A DNA stretch of 61,871 nt, taken from positions 1-61,871 of the IMG/VR virus record IMGVR_UViG_3300024972_000005, one strand, 5' to 3'. This document shows, one piece after another, positions 1-8,782 of this stretch (within the stretch, counting starts at the first letter, position 1; the number at the start of each line of letters is the position of its first letter). Source of the DNA: a virus. Taxonomy: Duplodnaviria; Caudoviricetes. The notes under the pieces are model-generated. The model had not been told where the DNA came from and did no database searches. It saw only the letters and a list, made by a program, of their open reading frames with translations. The position numbers were made by a program, and so were the translations under genes.

Positions 1-762
1 TCATAACCAACGAACACACCCTGCACGCCTTTTTGTGCCATCCATGTGCGGCGTAAAGTACGGATTGCAGTCCAGCGCTCGGCTAAACTCATTTTGTGAT
101 GGTAGCCATCCAGCAGATATTTATTGCGCTGCGCATCAACACCGATAACCGCAATCGCGGTGCTATCACTGGTTTTCTTCTTGCTCGAAGCAGGGTCAAC
201 CATGATGTAGATATTGAGCGTTTTTGGCCTGACTTCTGCAAAATACAGATATTCTTTCCTGAACATTGCCTGATCGCCAGCCAGAGGGTTCTGCAGCATT
301 TGGGTGGCAATCGTTGCCGAACCCTGTTTCAGTTTCTTCTCTACCCACGCCTTGACCGTCAGGAACACCGGATTCCCGTCCGGAGTACCGTCATCAGTAG
401 CAGGATAGATACGCGGTATCAATGCCTTGCGGTCAAGTATCGACTGATAGGTGTCACCAAAGCTGTATCGCGTGCCGATGTGCCATGATCGCCCAGGGCT
501 TCCATCTGCCTGCGCTGCACCCAGGTTATCCGATAATTCCCACGCTTCCGTAGTCTTGAACACCTGTTCCGGTGTCGTGACCGATTCGCGCGTCACCACG
601 TCATCATAAACACGCAGTTTAAAGTGGGCTGACGTAGGCTGACCGTCCACCAAGCCCCATGCTTCCAGTGTGGCCTCTTTCGGGTTGGTCTTACGCTTTA
701 CCACTAAGCCGGTATCATCCGACCATCTTGGCGCTTCCGCTTTCGGGCTTTGCCAGAATATG
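1..762. repeat. Terminal overlap, copy A (matches 61110-61871)
   Basis: Manual alignment: 762 bp, 15 substitutions, no indels. Confidence 0.97.
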
Positions 763-1193
763 TCAGAAAACAGGGTTTTTAAATCCTGATTGCCTTCCAG
801 TTCAATCTTGACTTGGCGCAGGAACTTGATAGAAATGCGCCGCGTGTGACTGAATAACCCGATGGTGATTTCAGGATCTTTAATGATTTCCTGAATGCAA
901 CCGGCAAAGGTGATGATGGTGGACTTGTAATGCTCACGCGCCCATAAATCCAAGTAGCCATCTGGGTCGGCTTCCACCTCGCGGCAGCGCAACAATAGCC
1001 ACGGCTTCCATGCGTCCTTGCGATGCAATACCTTGCATAACAGATAAAAGCGGTCATTCGCACACAGCCAACGTCTGCCTGCTACGCCATACTTGCCTTC
1101 AATCCACTTGTAAGCGTTATTGAGCCTGTCTAACGGTAATGCATGAATCGCTTGCCTGTATTTTTCATCTAGGTCTATTTGCGAATCTTGCAT
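1..1193 (-). CDS. terL: Terminase large subunit, N-terminal ATPase part (continues across the junction into 61109-60671; about 543 aa total)
   Basis: Manual translation from ATG at 1193 (MQDSQIDLDEKY...) is open to base 1; Walker A-like WAREHYKST, Walker B-like RVYDDVV; same frame as ORF 60671-61813. Confidence 0.9.
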   Translation of the reverse strand, partial: MQDSQIDLDEKYRQAIHALPLDRLNNAYKWIEGKYGVAGRRWLCANDRFYLLCKVLHRKDAWKPWLLLRCREVEADPDGYLDLWAREHYKSTIITFAGCIQEIIKDPEITIGLFSHTRRISIKFLRQVKIELEGNQDLKTLFSDIFWQSPKAEAPRWSDDTGLVVKRKTNPKEATLEAWGLVDGQPTSAHFKLRVYDDVVTRESVTTPEQVFKTTEAWELSDNLGAAQADGSPGRSWHIGTRYSFGDTYQSILDRKALIPRIYPATDDGTPDGNPVFLTVKAWVEKKLKQGSATIATQMLQNPLAGDQAMFRKEYLYFAEVRPKTLNIYIMVDPASSKKKTSDSTAIAVIGVDAQRNKYLLDGYHHKMSLAERWTAIRTLRRTWMAQKGVQGVFVGY

Positions 1194-1498
1194 ATCAGGT
1201 CTTTTTCCCAATATCCCTGCTTGCCCTCACCGGCATTGGCGCTGATTTTGGCCTTGTACTTGGCATTTTCAATCAGGTTGAGTGTGTCCAGCAGATTGGC
1301 ACGGTACACGCCATCGCTGCCGGTCACATAGGTCATGGTCTTTGGGAATACATCACCAGCCACGTCAGCGCCGGTACTGTCCACCAAAACCACCGTCACA
1401 GTCGCGTCATTAACGTGCGCACCGGTTGTTTCATTGGTGAGGTCTGACAGTTCCAGCACCATATCATTGCCTTTGTATAAAGCTGCTACCTCACTCAT
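1175..1498 (-). CDS. Putative virion structural protein (Ig-like/beta-rich)
   Basis: 107-aa ORF, last gene of fibre cassette, overlaps neighbours. Confidence 0.6.
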   Translation of the reverse strand: MSEVAALYKGNDMVLELSDLTNETTGAHVNDATVTVVLVDSTGADVAGDVFPKTMTYVTGSDGVYRANLLDTLNLIENAKYKAKISANAGEGKQGYWEKDLICKIRK

Positions 1499-2685
1499 GA
1501 TGTTGATTTCCTTGTCGTTGGTGAGCGTGCTTGCAATGCGGCATTAATGCTCGGCGTTCCCTTGATGGCAGGATGCGAGAGAAATTCATCCAAGCCCACT
1601 ACGTTATTTAATGTGATCTCTGTTTTATCCAGGCTAGGCCACAGCATGACTTCCTCATAGCCAATGACGGATTGCAGCAACACGTTGCCGCGCAGCATTT
1701 CAATCGGTGCTTGAGGGCTATAACCGCCTGCAATCGCATGACTAGAACCATGTGCCTCTGCAATCGCGGCGGCGACTGACTTGCCATAAGCGACCGCATC
1801 AGAAGTTGCACTGCATCTACCTACAGATAAATGCACGCCAGCAACAGCGCCAAGCACATCAGCACTACCGGCTGCGACACCTCTGGCACGTACAATGCTC
1901 TTGCCTACGCCTGACGCATCGGATGAACCGATTGCGATGCCGGTGACAGCCTTCACTGCATTACCGGTGGCTACAGCATTCGCCTGCCCACTAGATTGCC
2001 CTGCACCTTGTCGCAAGCTACTGCCAATGGCGGCAACATCAGCGCCAGAGGCAGAAATACCGGTTGCGGCATGAATGGAAGCCGTAGTTGCCTCTGCACT
2101 ACCAGCACCCACCGCTGAACCGGTAGCGGCGCTCTTGGCCTTGCCGACTGCGGCGCTAGTAGAAGTGGATTCAGAAGCGCCAGTTGCATTAAATAGCACA
2201 TGACCGACTGCACCAGCGGTCGATGTGCCTGCGCTAACACCAACGCCATTGAACAGAGCCAGGCCAACCGCCTGCGCGGTGGAAGAACCGGCGCTTTCGC
2301 CTACTGCATTTTCGGTTAGTGCATTACCTTCCGCACTGGCATCTGCAGCACCGGATGCCGTGCCGGTTGCCGCTGCTAAACGTGAGCCGGTAGCATTAAC
2401 CGTTGCAGCGCCAGTAGCAACGCCTGCGCCTTTCGACTGTGATTTGCCTGCAGCAGAGGCCGAGGCCACACCAGAGGCGCTACCAACAGCACGGGATAAT
2501 GAAGCCCCGACAGCGGCGGCGGCAGCAACACCACTACTATTACCTGCGGCCTTGAATAACGCCTTGCCTGTTGCCTGTGCGGTACACGTACCTGCTGCAG
2601 AACCGACCGATTGCGTTAATGCGGCGGCAGCGCTTTGGCTATCCGATAGCGCACCACCGGATAGAGGTGAGAAACCGAGTGCCAT
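1495..2685 (-). CDS. Ala/Gly/Ser-rich repeat protein, putative fibre
   Basis: 396 aa with about 20-aa GxAxGxAxAxAxG periodicity; structural-gene context. Confidence 0.7.
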   Translation of the reverse strand: MALGFSPLSGGALSDSQSAAAALTQSVGSAAGTCTAQATGKALFKAAGNSSGVAAAAAVGASLSRAVGSASGVASASAAGKSQSKGAGVATGAATVNATGSRLAAATGTASGAADASAEGNALTENAVGESAGSSTAQAVGLALFNGVGVSAGTSTAGAVGHVLFNATGASESTSTSAAVGKAKSAATGSAVGAGSAEATTASIHAATGISASGADVAAIGSSLRQGAGQSSGQANAVATGNAVKAVTGIAIGSSDASGVGKSIVRARGVAAGSADVLGAVAGVHLSVGRCSATSDAVAYGKSVAAAIAEAHGSSHAIAGGYSPQAPIEMLRGNVLLQSVIGYEEVMLWPSLDKTEITLNNVVGLDEFLSHPAIKGTPSINAALQARSPTTRKSTS

Positions 2686-2691
2686 GACAGG

Positions 2692-3441
2692 TTACAGATC
2701 AGGAAAAGCGATAATTGGCGGCGTAAAGTTCGCGGTATATCTTGCCACCCCCTTGGTCACACGCACATCATCCACATAGCCAGCCATAGATTCACCTGCG
2801 CTGCCGGTATAAGAACCGCCGACCGCAAAGTGATTGGTGGATGCATCTTCTGTTGCCGTACCGGTATAACTGGAATTAGAACCTTCCTGTACGCCGTTGA
2901 TCCATAGTTTGAACACGCCGCTTTCACGGGTAACGGCTACATGTGTCCAGGCTGCGGACAGATTGGTGGACGACATGATTAAATCACTTGCCCCCATCTT
3001 GTATGAGGTCAGGATCACCCTGTTCGCATTGCCATTCGTTCCTGCCAATATCCCCCATGAATCATTGGAGTTCCAGCCGGTTGAGCCGAAGAATAGCAGG
3101 CGCGGATAAGTTTCGCCGCCGGTCTTGTACACCCAACATTCAACCGTAAAGTCGCCAGTGCCCATCACAAAGTCTGCGGAAGCAGATGCGGTATAGATGC
3201 GGTCTGTTGTGCCATCAACCAACAATGACGAACCGCCGAACTTGTACTGTGCGGTACTGATCTTGGCGTTATCGCCTGCGGTCATGGTCTTGCCGCCGCT
3301 TGAACCGTCTGGGAACGATGTGCTGTTATTGCTTCCGTTCAGGTGCAGCAACAATTTTACATTGCTGAAATACGGGTCAACCGGATAACCGGCGACAATG
3401 CTATTTCGGTATGACCGAGCAGAGTATGCACGGGCAGACAT
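2692..3441 (-). CDS. LamG/concanavalin A-like domain protein, putative receptor-binding fibre tip
   Basis: DPYFSNVKLLLHLNG, GTGDFTVECWVY, WTHVAVTR, GYVDDVRVTKGVARYTANF motifs typical of phage LamG proteins. Confidence 0.85.
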   Translation of the reverse strand: MSARAYSARSYRNSIVAGYPVDPYFSNVKLLLHLNGSNNSTSFPDGSSGGKTMTAGDNAKISTAQYKFGGSSLLVDGTTDRIYTASASADFVMGTGDFTVECWVYKTGGETYPRLLFFGSTGWNSNDSWGILAGTNGNANRVILTSYKMGASDLIMSSTNLSAAWTHVAVTRESGVFKLWINGVQEGSNSSYTGTATEDASTNHFAVGGSYTGSAGESMAGYVDDVRVTKGVARYTANFTPPIIAFPDL

Positions 3442-3773
3442 TACGTCACCTCACTACCGAATGCCGAGAATGAGAGGTTTGCGGTGCTTGCATACACAGT
3501 GATCACATCGCCTGCGCCCAGGGTGATGCCTAGCGTCAGCGGCAAGGAATCATTGCCAGATACCGCCACGTCATACGCAAGGTAATGTTGCGCTGCCAAT
3601 GACGCACCTGCAGGGCGTATCGCAATCCTGAATGCTGCCGGAGTAGATGACTGGTTGCATACGTTGATAGTGCTAACCACGGCCTGCGTATTGGATGGTA
3701 CGGTATAAAGCGATGTGGCAGTGGTCGCCGATGGATTTGACTGACCAAGAACCTTGAGTGTGTTGGTGGTCAT
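3441..3773 (-). CDS. Putative virion structural protein
   Basis: 110-aa beta-rich ORF (TSLYTVPSNTQAVVSTINVCN...LSFSAFGSE) of a common phage fibre-associated type. Confidence 0.65.
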   Translation of the reverse strand: MTTNTLKVLGQSNPSATTATSLYTVPSNTQAVVSTINVCNQSSTPAAFRIAIRPAGASLAAQHYLAYDVAVSGNDSLPLTLGITLGAGDVITVYASTANLSFSAFGSEVT

Positions 3774-3774
3774 A

Positions 3775-4146
3775 TCAAGCCCCCATTAACAAAAATTGTG
3801 CGGCAAAATCTGTTGATGCGATTTGCTTGATCTGTGCCGCTGCCAGATCCAGCCATACCTGCTTAGTGCCAGCCGCAAAACTGACGGCTGCGTTAGCATT
3901 GCTTGAAGCCAGCACGGTGGTTCTGGTTAAAGTATTTGCGCCAGAATAAGTGCCAAGCCCGACTTCCCAATCACCGGTAGGTACGCCGCTACCATCCACG
4001 GCCTGAATCGCGTAATAACAAGTGTCATTGGTAGTACACACGGCAGAAAACGCACGAAAGCCAGTGATTGCACCAGCTAAAGTCAGTGCGCCCGTACCGG
4101 TTGTGGTGCTGGTTTCCTTGACGCGATCGGCAACAATCAATGACAT
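3775..4146 (-). CDS. Putative tail-fibre N-terminal/adaptor protein
   Basis: ADRVKETSTTTGTGALTL...WEVGLGTY...TLTRTTVLASSN motif seen at the start of many phage fibre proteins. Confidence 0.7.
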   Translation of the reverse strand: MSLIVADRVKETSTTTGTGALTLAGAITGFRAFSAVCTTNDTCYYAIQAVDGSGVPTGDWEVGLGTYSGANTLTRTTVLASSNANAAVSFAAGTKQVWLDLAAAQIKQIASTDFAAQFLLMGA

Positions 4147-4169
4147 TTACAGTCCTTTGTGCCGTTGGA

Positions 4170-4598
4170 TTAATCTTCTGTGATCGCGGTAGCAGTCGTA
4201 AGCTGCGGTGTCACACCATTGCCGCATACGATATTCGGCGTGATTGAGCCGGAATAAAGCAACACGCCTGCGCCGGAAGCTGCAACACCAACACCAAAGT
4301 GCGTTGCTGTACCAGAGCCGCCTGTACCTGCAGGGAAACTAATCGTTGCCGCCGGTGATACGCTGTTGTTGGTCACTGTCCAGCCGCCGGTAGTACGTTC
4401 TACTGCAACACGGGCATAATCCGTATATGCAATTTCATTGGTGGTCTGGTCGCCTGCTTCGCCTGGGTCAGAGGTATGCAATGACACATACAGATTGGTC
4501 GCCGGTGATGTGGCATCGTTTTCGGCTAAGTCTGCAATCGCGGTCGCGTTGAAAATCAGCTTCAACATGGAGTTTTCAAACGAGTTGCTTTTACTCAT
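4170..4598 (-). CDS. Putative tail/fibre structural protein
   Basis: LYVSLHTSDPGEAG...EIAYTDYARVAV motif of a widespread phage structural family. Confidence 0.7.
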   Translation of the reverse strand: MSKSNSFENSMLKLIFNATAIADLAENDATSPATNLYVSLHTSDPGEAGDQTTNEIAYTDYARVAVERTTGGWTVTNNSVSPAATISFPAGTGGSGTATHFGVGVAASGAGVLLYSGSITPNIVCGNGVTPQLTTATAITED

Positions 4599-4617
4599 GA
4601 CAGTTCCTTTGGGGCAT

Positions 4618-4642
4618 AAAAAAAGCCCCTCGGAAGGGGCTT
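4618..4642 (-). terminator. Rho-independent terminator after terS
   Basis: GCCCCT-TCCG-AGGGGC stem-loop followed by T7 on minus strand. Confidence 0.75.
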
Positions 4643-4659
4643 GGTAAGTAATGGTGAAT

Positions 4660-5367
4660 CTAGTGCTTTATTGCGGATTGAAATTCATCCCAATCCTTAT
4701 CCATACCTTCAAATGTATGGGTGTGTTGAGTAGCCAGGCCAGTCTGCTTATTCTGGTCTGTTGCAAACCCCCAGATACGTTCCTGCAGTGCTACGGCACG
4801 ATCACCGGTTTCCACCAGTTTTTTCAGGCTGTCGATACGTGCTGCTACGCCAATGGTGCGGTTAAACAGTTCTAAGCGTTTGGACTGCCATGTGCTTTGC
4901 GCTTCTTCACCGCCGGTACTATCATCATCTGGGCTATTGAATACGGTTTCAGCCAGCCTGTTTAACGGCTCTTGGTTTTCGGTAACAGTTTCCAGTTCTT
5001 CCATCATGGTTTCACACAGCTTCATCAGCCTTGTGGAAAAGCCACGGTGATGCATGCGCACATCAACGATTGCTAGTGCATTAATCTCAATGATTTGCTT
5101 GTCAGTTGCCACCTTTTCACTGGCAACCTCACTGGCAACTAACTGTTTGGCAACCAGTGCCTCGGCCTTGGCCTGAATCTTTGCATTAAGGTCACGTTCC
5201 CAACTATGTTCCTTGGCTTTCTTCTGTATGGCGGTATGTGACACGCCATGATGTGATGCAATCTCGCGCACTGATAACAATCCGGCGCGGTAGTCTGCTT
5301 CTATTCGTTCCCAATCAATTTTCTTCTTGGCCTGATCTGACTGAACGCCCGTAGGTAGCTCTTTCAT
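4660..5367 (-). CDS. terS: Terminase small subunit-like protein (N-terminal HTH)
   Basis: IDWERIEADYRAGLLSVREIASHHGVSHTAIQKKAK HTH typical of TerS; located after lysis genes. Confidence 0.7.
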   Translation of the reverse strand: MKELPTGVQSDQAKKKIDWERIEADYRAGLLSVREIASHHGVSHTAIQKKAKEHSWERDLNAKIQAKAEALVAKQLVASEVASEKVATDKQIIEINALAIVDVRMHHRGFSTRLMKLCETMMEELETVTENQEPLNRLAETVFNSPDDDSTGGEEAQSTWQSKRLELFNRTIGVAARIDSLKKLVETGDRAVALQERIWGFATDQNKQTGLATQHTHTFEGMDKDWDEFQSAIKH

Positions 5368-5384
5368 GATGGCACTCCTTTACA

Positions 5385-5669
5385 TTATTTTTTGTTTTGC
5401 GCAGTCCTCATACTTCGCATTTCTTCGCGTATATCACGCAGGATTTCATTCGTGTTATCAATCTTGAACTCGACCGCCGACACCCTGGTGGGTAACTGTG
5501 ACAATATCTGCGTCTGCTTTTCCAGTGCATCTATGCGCAATTCGGTTTTTGTGGTGAAGGATGACACCCACCATACAAAGAAGGCGGTCTGTGCCAATAT
5601 CCCTAACAGGATGGTGATGGGGATATGCCGGTCAATCGACCATTTTTTTTCTTCGGTATCGTATCGCAT
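5385..5669 (-). CDS. Membrane-anchored coiled-coil protein (lysis-associated)
   Basis: One N-terminal TM helix then coiled coil; follows holin-like gene. Confidence 0.55.
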   Translation of the reverse strand: MRYDTEEKKWSIDRHIPITILLGILAQTAFFVWWVSSFTTKTELRIDALEKQTQILSQLPTRVSAVEFKIDNTNEILRDIREEMRSMRTAQNKK

Positions 5670-5681
5670 GGATCACTTCCC

Positions 5682-6281
5682 TTATCTGCTAAATTTGGGG
5701 GCTAAACCACGCGCTGCGAACCACCAGAGAATTACAGTCGTAGTCATGAAAATGGTGGCTTCAACCAGAGCGAGGAACGCCTGCTTGATGAACACCTTGT
5801 CTGTCAGCAGGTCGGGCGAGAAGTTAAACACCTGCCATGAGATATATGCGGTCAATACCGTAAACAGTAATGCCATGTAGCTGGTCAGCACGGGGCGTGT
5901 CATGCCGCGAATGAAGTCAACCAGTATGAACCACTTGCTATTCTTCACCACATCGCCGGTGGCGTAGGTGGCCTTGTCTGCCTCGTATGAGCCAGCCAGG
6001 GCGTTGTAACTTGCTACGCTGATTTCGCGTTCTGCATTCAGTCCTGCCAGAGCCAGTCCGTGCTGCGCTTCCAGCTTCATGATTTCCATATCCTTGTCAC
6101 GCAGGAATAATTCATGCGCATTCTTTTCTTTCAGGATCGCCAAGTCGATTTCGGCCTGCTTTTTAATCTGGTATGCGTCTAGGAACTTCTGCAGCAAGCC
6201 GCCGAAGATGCCGAAGATACCGCCGCCGGTGGCGACTGATAACAGGCTGCCGCCTACTGTTGCTATGCTAGATAAGTCCAT
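5682..6281 (-). CDS. Putative 3-TM holin (GTA-holin-like)
   Basis: Hydrophobic N-terminus, RGMTRPVLT motif, two C-terminal TM helices ending WWFAAR. Confidence 0.65.
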   Translation of the reverse strand: MDLSSIATVGGSLLSVATGGGIFGIFGGLLQKFLDAYQIKKQAEIDLAILKEKNAHELFLRDKDMEIMKLEAQHGLALAGLNAEREISVASYNALAGSYEADKATYATGDVVKNSKWFILVDFIRGMTRPVLTSYMALLFTVLTAYISWQVFNFSPDLLTDKVFIKQAFLALVEATIFMTTTVILWWFAARGLAPKFSR

Positions 6282-6720
6282 TGCGTTTCACCTCTAATTC
6301 AAATGGGCGCTTGTTCATGAGCGCCTCGAATGCGCGTGTCGCCGGTTTAGATACCATGATGCATTTCTGATTATTCATGCGCCCGACCCGATACCCGATT
6401 AACGGGCAGCCAAGTGAGTGTGTGATCATGCCTTTTTCCACGTCACCGGCAAGATTGCCGCTGTGTAGGCGAATGCCGCCGCGCTTCGGAACATTTAATA
6501 TCTCGTAGGTGTAATGGTCGTGCCCATATTTGCGACTTAGGCGCGGTGAGCGCGTCCAGCGCACTTGATAAACACCTTCGGGAATGTATGAAAGATTATT
6601 GCGGTTATCGCGCCAGGGTAATTCAAGTGTATAGGCTTGCCACTTTAGCTCCGGCACGACAATCAAACTCAACGTGCCGTCATCACCGGTAATCTTTGAA
6701 TCAATGACAACACGAATCAT
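6268..6720 (-). CDS. DUF5675-family protein, probable endolysin-position cell-wall enzyme
   Basis: YTLELPWRDN...IPEGVY...VPKRGGIRLHSGN...SLGCPLIG (His/Cys motif); adjacent to holin. Confidence 0.75.
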   Translation of the reverse strand: MIRVVIDSKITGDDGTLSLIVVPELKWQAYTLELPWRDNRNNLSYIPEGVYQVRWTRSPRLSRKYGHDHYTYEILNVPKRGGIRLHSGNLAGDVEKGMITHSLGCPLIGYRVGRMNNQKCIMVSKPATRAFEALMNKRPFELEVKRNGLI

Positions 6721-6722
6721 GT

Positions 6723-7061
6723 TTAGATTTCTGTCCGTTTTGCGCTAGGCTTAACGGAAACGCCCTTGTCAGGATCAACCAGAAATACATTGGCTGGCAA
6801 TACTGTCTTATCGCCTTTCCACCACTGGATCTCGATCATGTTTTCATCTTGCTTTTTAAAGCAACCAATGAGGGATGCGCCATCGGAACGCCTGGCAATC
6901 ACTGCCCACTGATACTGTTCTTGAACCTTTGGTAACGGGCACTCAACATTACTGATCGTGATCGTTACATCATCGTTAAACTTGTAGTGCAGGTATTTAG
7001 GTTCTGCGTGCGCTGCAACCGAAACTACGGACAAGACTAAAGCAAGCAATAACTTCTTCAT
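6723..7061 (-). CDS. Secreted/periplasmic hypothetical protein
   Basis: Start reassigned to MKKLLLALVLSVVSVAAHA, a classic signal peptide. Confidence 0.65.
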   Translation of the reverse strand: MKKLLLALVLSVVSVAAHAEPKYLHYKFNDDVTITISNVECPLPKVQEQYQWAVIARRSDGASLIGCFKKQDENMIEIQWWKGDKTVLPANVFLVDPDKGVSVKPSAKRTEI

Positions 7062-7476
7062 GACAACCCCCTTTGATGTAGTGAGCGGATATGTGCTTTT
7101 CACGCCATCAGCAGCACAGGCTGTAAGCTATCCTCGTCAGGGGCTTGAAGGCGTATCTGCGTGTGATCGGGCGTACCCTTGCAGAATTTGGATGATTTAG
7201 GCAGTATTTTTATGTGATCTGCCAACACAATGCCTCGAAGGGCATAATCACCGCAGTAGCGGATTTGAATATGTGCTGGTTACAGCGTCCAGCGCACGTT
7301 TGGCAATACTTGTCGTGCTGATTGATTAAATTGTGTCGTGGGTGTAAGGCTAACTGATGTGGTTAAAGGGTCGCCAGCCCCATCTACTCGCTGCCAATAG
7401 GCCATCTGCGCGATAAGTCCACTTTCTCACAGTTCTAAGTGTCAAGCGTTTATGTACTATGCACTTATACGGATAA

Positions 7477-7559
7477 TGGCTAAGAGGTAGGACTGTCCAT
7501 CCCTACCAACCTCTTGGTTTTACCCAAGCGCTCTATCTAGTTTTTGAGCTACCCCAACC
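7477..7559 (-). ncRNA. Degenerate tRNA-like cloverleaf (pseudo-tRNA)
   Basis: TA-GCTC...GAGC D arm, CTTGG/CCAAG anticodon-like arm with 6-nt loop, GGTAGG/CCTACC T-like arm, G-U-rich acceptor stem; lacks TTC. Confidence 0.45.
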
Positions 7560-7576
7560 ATCATGCGTATAAAAGC

Positions 7577-7606
7577 AAAAAGCCCACCGGTTAAAGTGGG
7601 CTTTTT
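7577..7606. terminator. Bidirectional terminator-like hairpin
   Basis: AAAAAGCCCAC-CGGTTAAA-GTGGGCTTTTT. Confidence 0.7.
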
Positions 7607-7797
7607 ATGGAACAATTCAACTATCCTTTGCCTGACGGTGCAATTAAGTTGAAGCCGATACCAAAATTTAGAGCGAGCAAAGCCATTAGGTAACTTTGCA
7701 ACTCCTTATTGTTGGTAGTTTAGCAAGACCTTGGCCTCGCGTACTTTATCAGCGCATTATGTTTTTAACATGACTAAAAAATAATTACAACGGTTAT

Positions 7798-8103
7798 TTA
7801 TACCTGCGTCATTGGGAAAATCATTGAATCATCTGGTTCAGGTTGTTGCAGGTCAATTTTCTGCCGACCTTCAATGCCTTGGATATTAATAATCGCATTG
7901 TCCTCAATACGCACCGTTTCCATCGGCAACCATACCTTAGTTTCACCCTTCCAGTTAAATCCAATACTGACACCACCTGCATCATTGTTTTGAATAACCA
8001 GCCCGTCATAATGCAAATAAAGAACATCGTTCTCTTGGCGAAATGGATTGGTGTCCAGGTTCTTACCTTCTACAAACTCGTTAAATGTATGTTCGATACT
8101 CAT
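7798..8103 (-). CDS. Hypothetical protein
   Basis: 101-aa ORF, ATGA overlap with upstream gene. Confidence 0.6.
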   Translation of the reverse strand: MSIEHTFNEFVEGKNLDTNPFRQENDVLYLHYDGLVIQNNDAGGVSIGFNWKGETKVWLPMETVRIEDNAIINIQGIEGRQKIDLQQPEPDDSMIFPMTQV

Positions 8104-8306
8104 AGGTTATTCCTTTTAGCGTCAAGATTAATGACTTTGTTGTCTTTAATGCACTCAAAGCCGCTGTAAACTTTTACATACAAGCCACCTAACTGGTGGC
8201 ACAATTTTTCATCTGCCTTAATTTCATTCACCGCATAAATTAATATCGCTAACATAATAATCATTAAAGCAAGAAAAACTAATACCAAACAGTCCTTATA
8301 TGTCAT
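8100..8306 (-). CDS. Hypothetical membrane protein
   Basis: 68 aa, N-terminal TM segment. Confidence 0.55.
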   Translation of the reverse strand: MTYKDCLVLVFLALMIIMLAILIYAVNEIKADEKLCHQLGGLYVKVYSGFECIKDNKVINLDAKRNNL

Positions 8307-8308
8307 AT

Positions 8309-8782
8309 CTACCTTTCTAGCCGCTTCCGCATTTCACGCCCAGGCTTCAAGTCGCTGCCGGTGATCAGTTTAAGCACGGATTCAATCTGTTTAGGAAAAT
8401 GACCGCCTACCTTTAATTCACGATCGCGGTCTGAATAACGCCCGACACCAGTTCCATTGCAGGCGCGGCACACTACGCGCAATTCACCAGCCATGCGCTC
8501 TTTTGTGCCTTGGCAGGTTGTGCATAATGGGAATAGCCATTCATGCAGGGCTTGCTGCGCGATCTTGATGGAAATGTTTTTGTTCAGGGGCTTGAGTGTC
8601 TTTGCTAATAAAAACACCACGGGCTTATATGCACTTGCATCATTGCCGTATTTGAGCCGCCATAACAAGGTTGATAAGCGATCTGCATAACAAAATGCCG
8701 TGAGTTTATCGACCGCCTTTTCATGATTAGCATCATCCCAATCAAGCGACCTTCGTAATGTATTTGAAAAGGCTTCTCTCAT
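8309..8782 (-). CDS. Putative late-gene antiterminator (Q-like, Zn finger)
   Basis: CTTCQGT...CRACNGTG zinc ribbon; at end of nin-like region upstream of lysis genes. Confidence 0.6.
   Translation of the reverse strand: MREAFSNTLRRSLDWDDANHEKAVDKLTAFCYADRLSTLLWRLKYGNDASAYKPVVFLLAKTLKPLNKNISIKIAQQALHEWLFPLCTTCQGTKERMAGELRVVCRACNGTGVGRYSDRDRELKVGGHFPKQIESVLKLITGSDLKPGREMRKRLER

Noticed and set aside
779-1063. Apparent terL frameshift or separate 94-aa ORF
   Set aside because: Manual translation shows terL is open from 1193 to the contig edge; this ORF is an off-frame shadow.
2225-2779. Long plus-strand ORFs opposite structural genes (also 41246-41827, 45287-45877, 48580-49191)
   Set aside because: Antisense shadows of Ala/Gly-rich genes, without recognisable motifs.
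7095-7145. Hammerhead ribozyme (minus-strand CTGACGAG...GAAA)
   Set aside because: Stem II does not close (no C before GAAA) and stems I and III could not be built.
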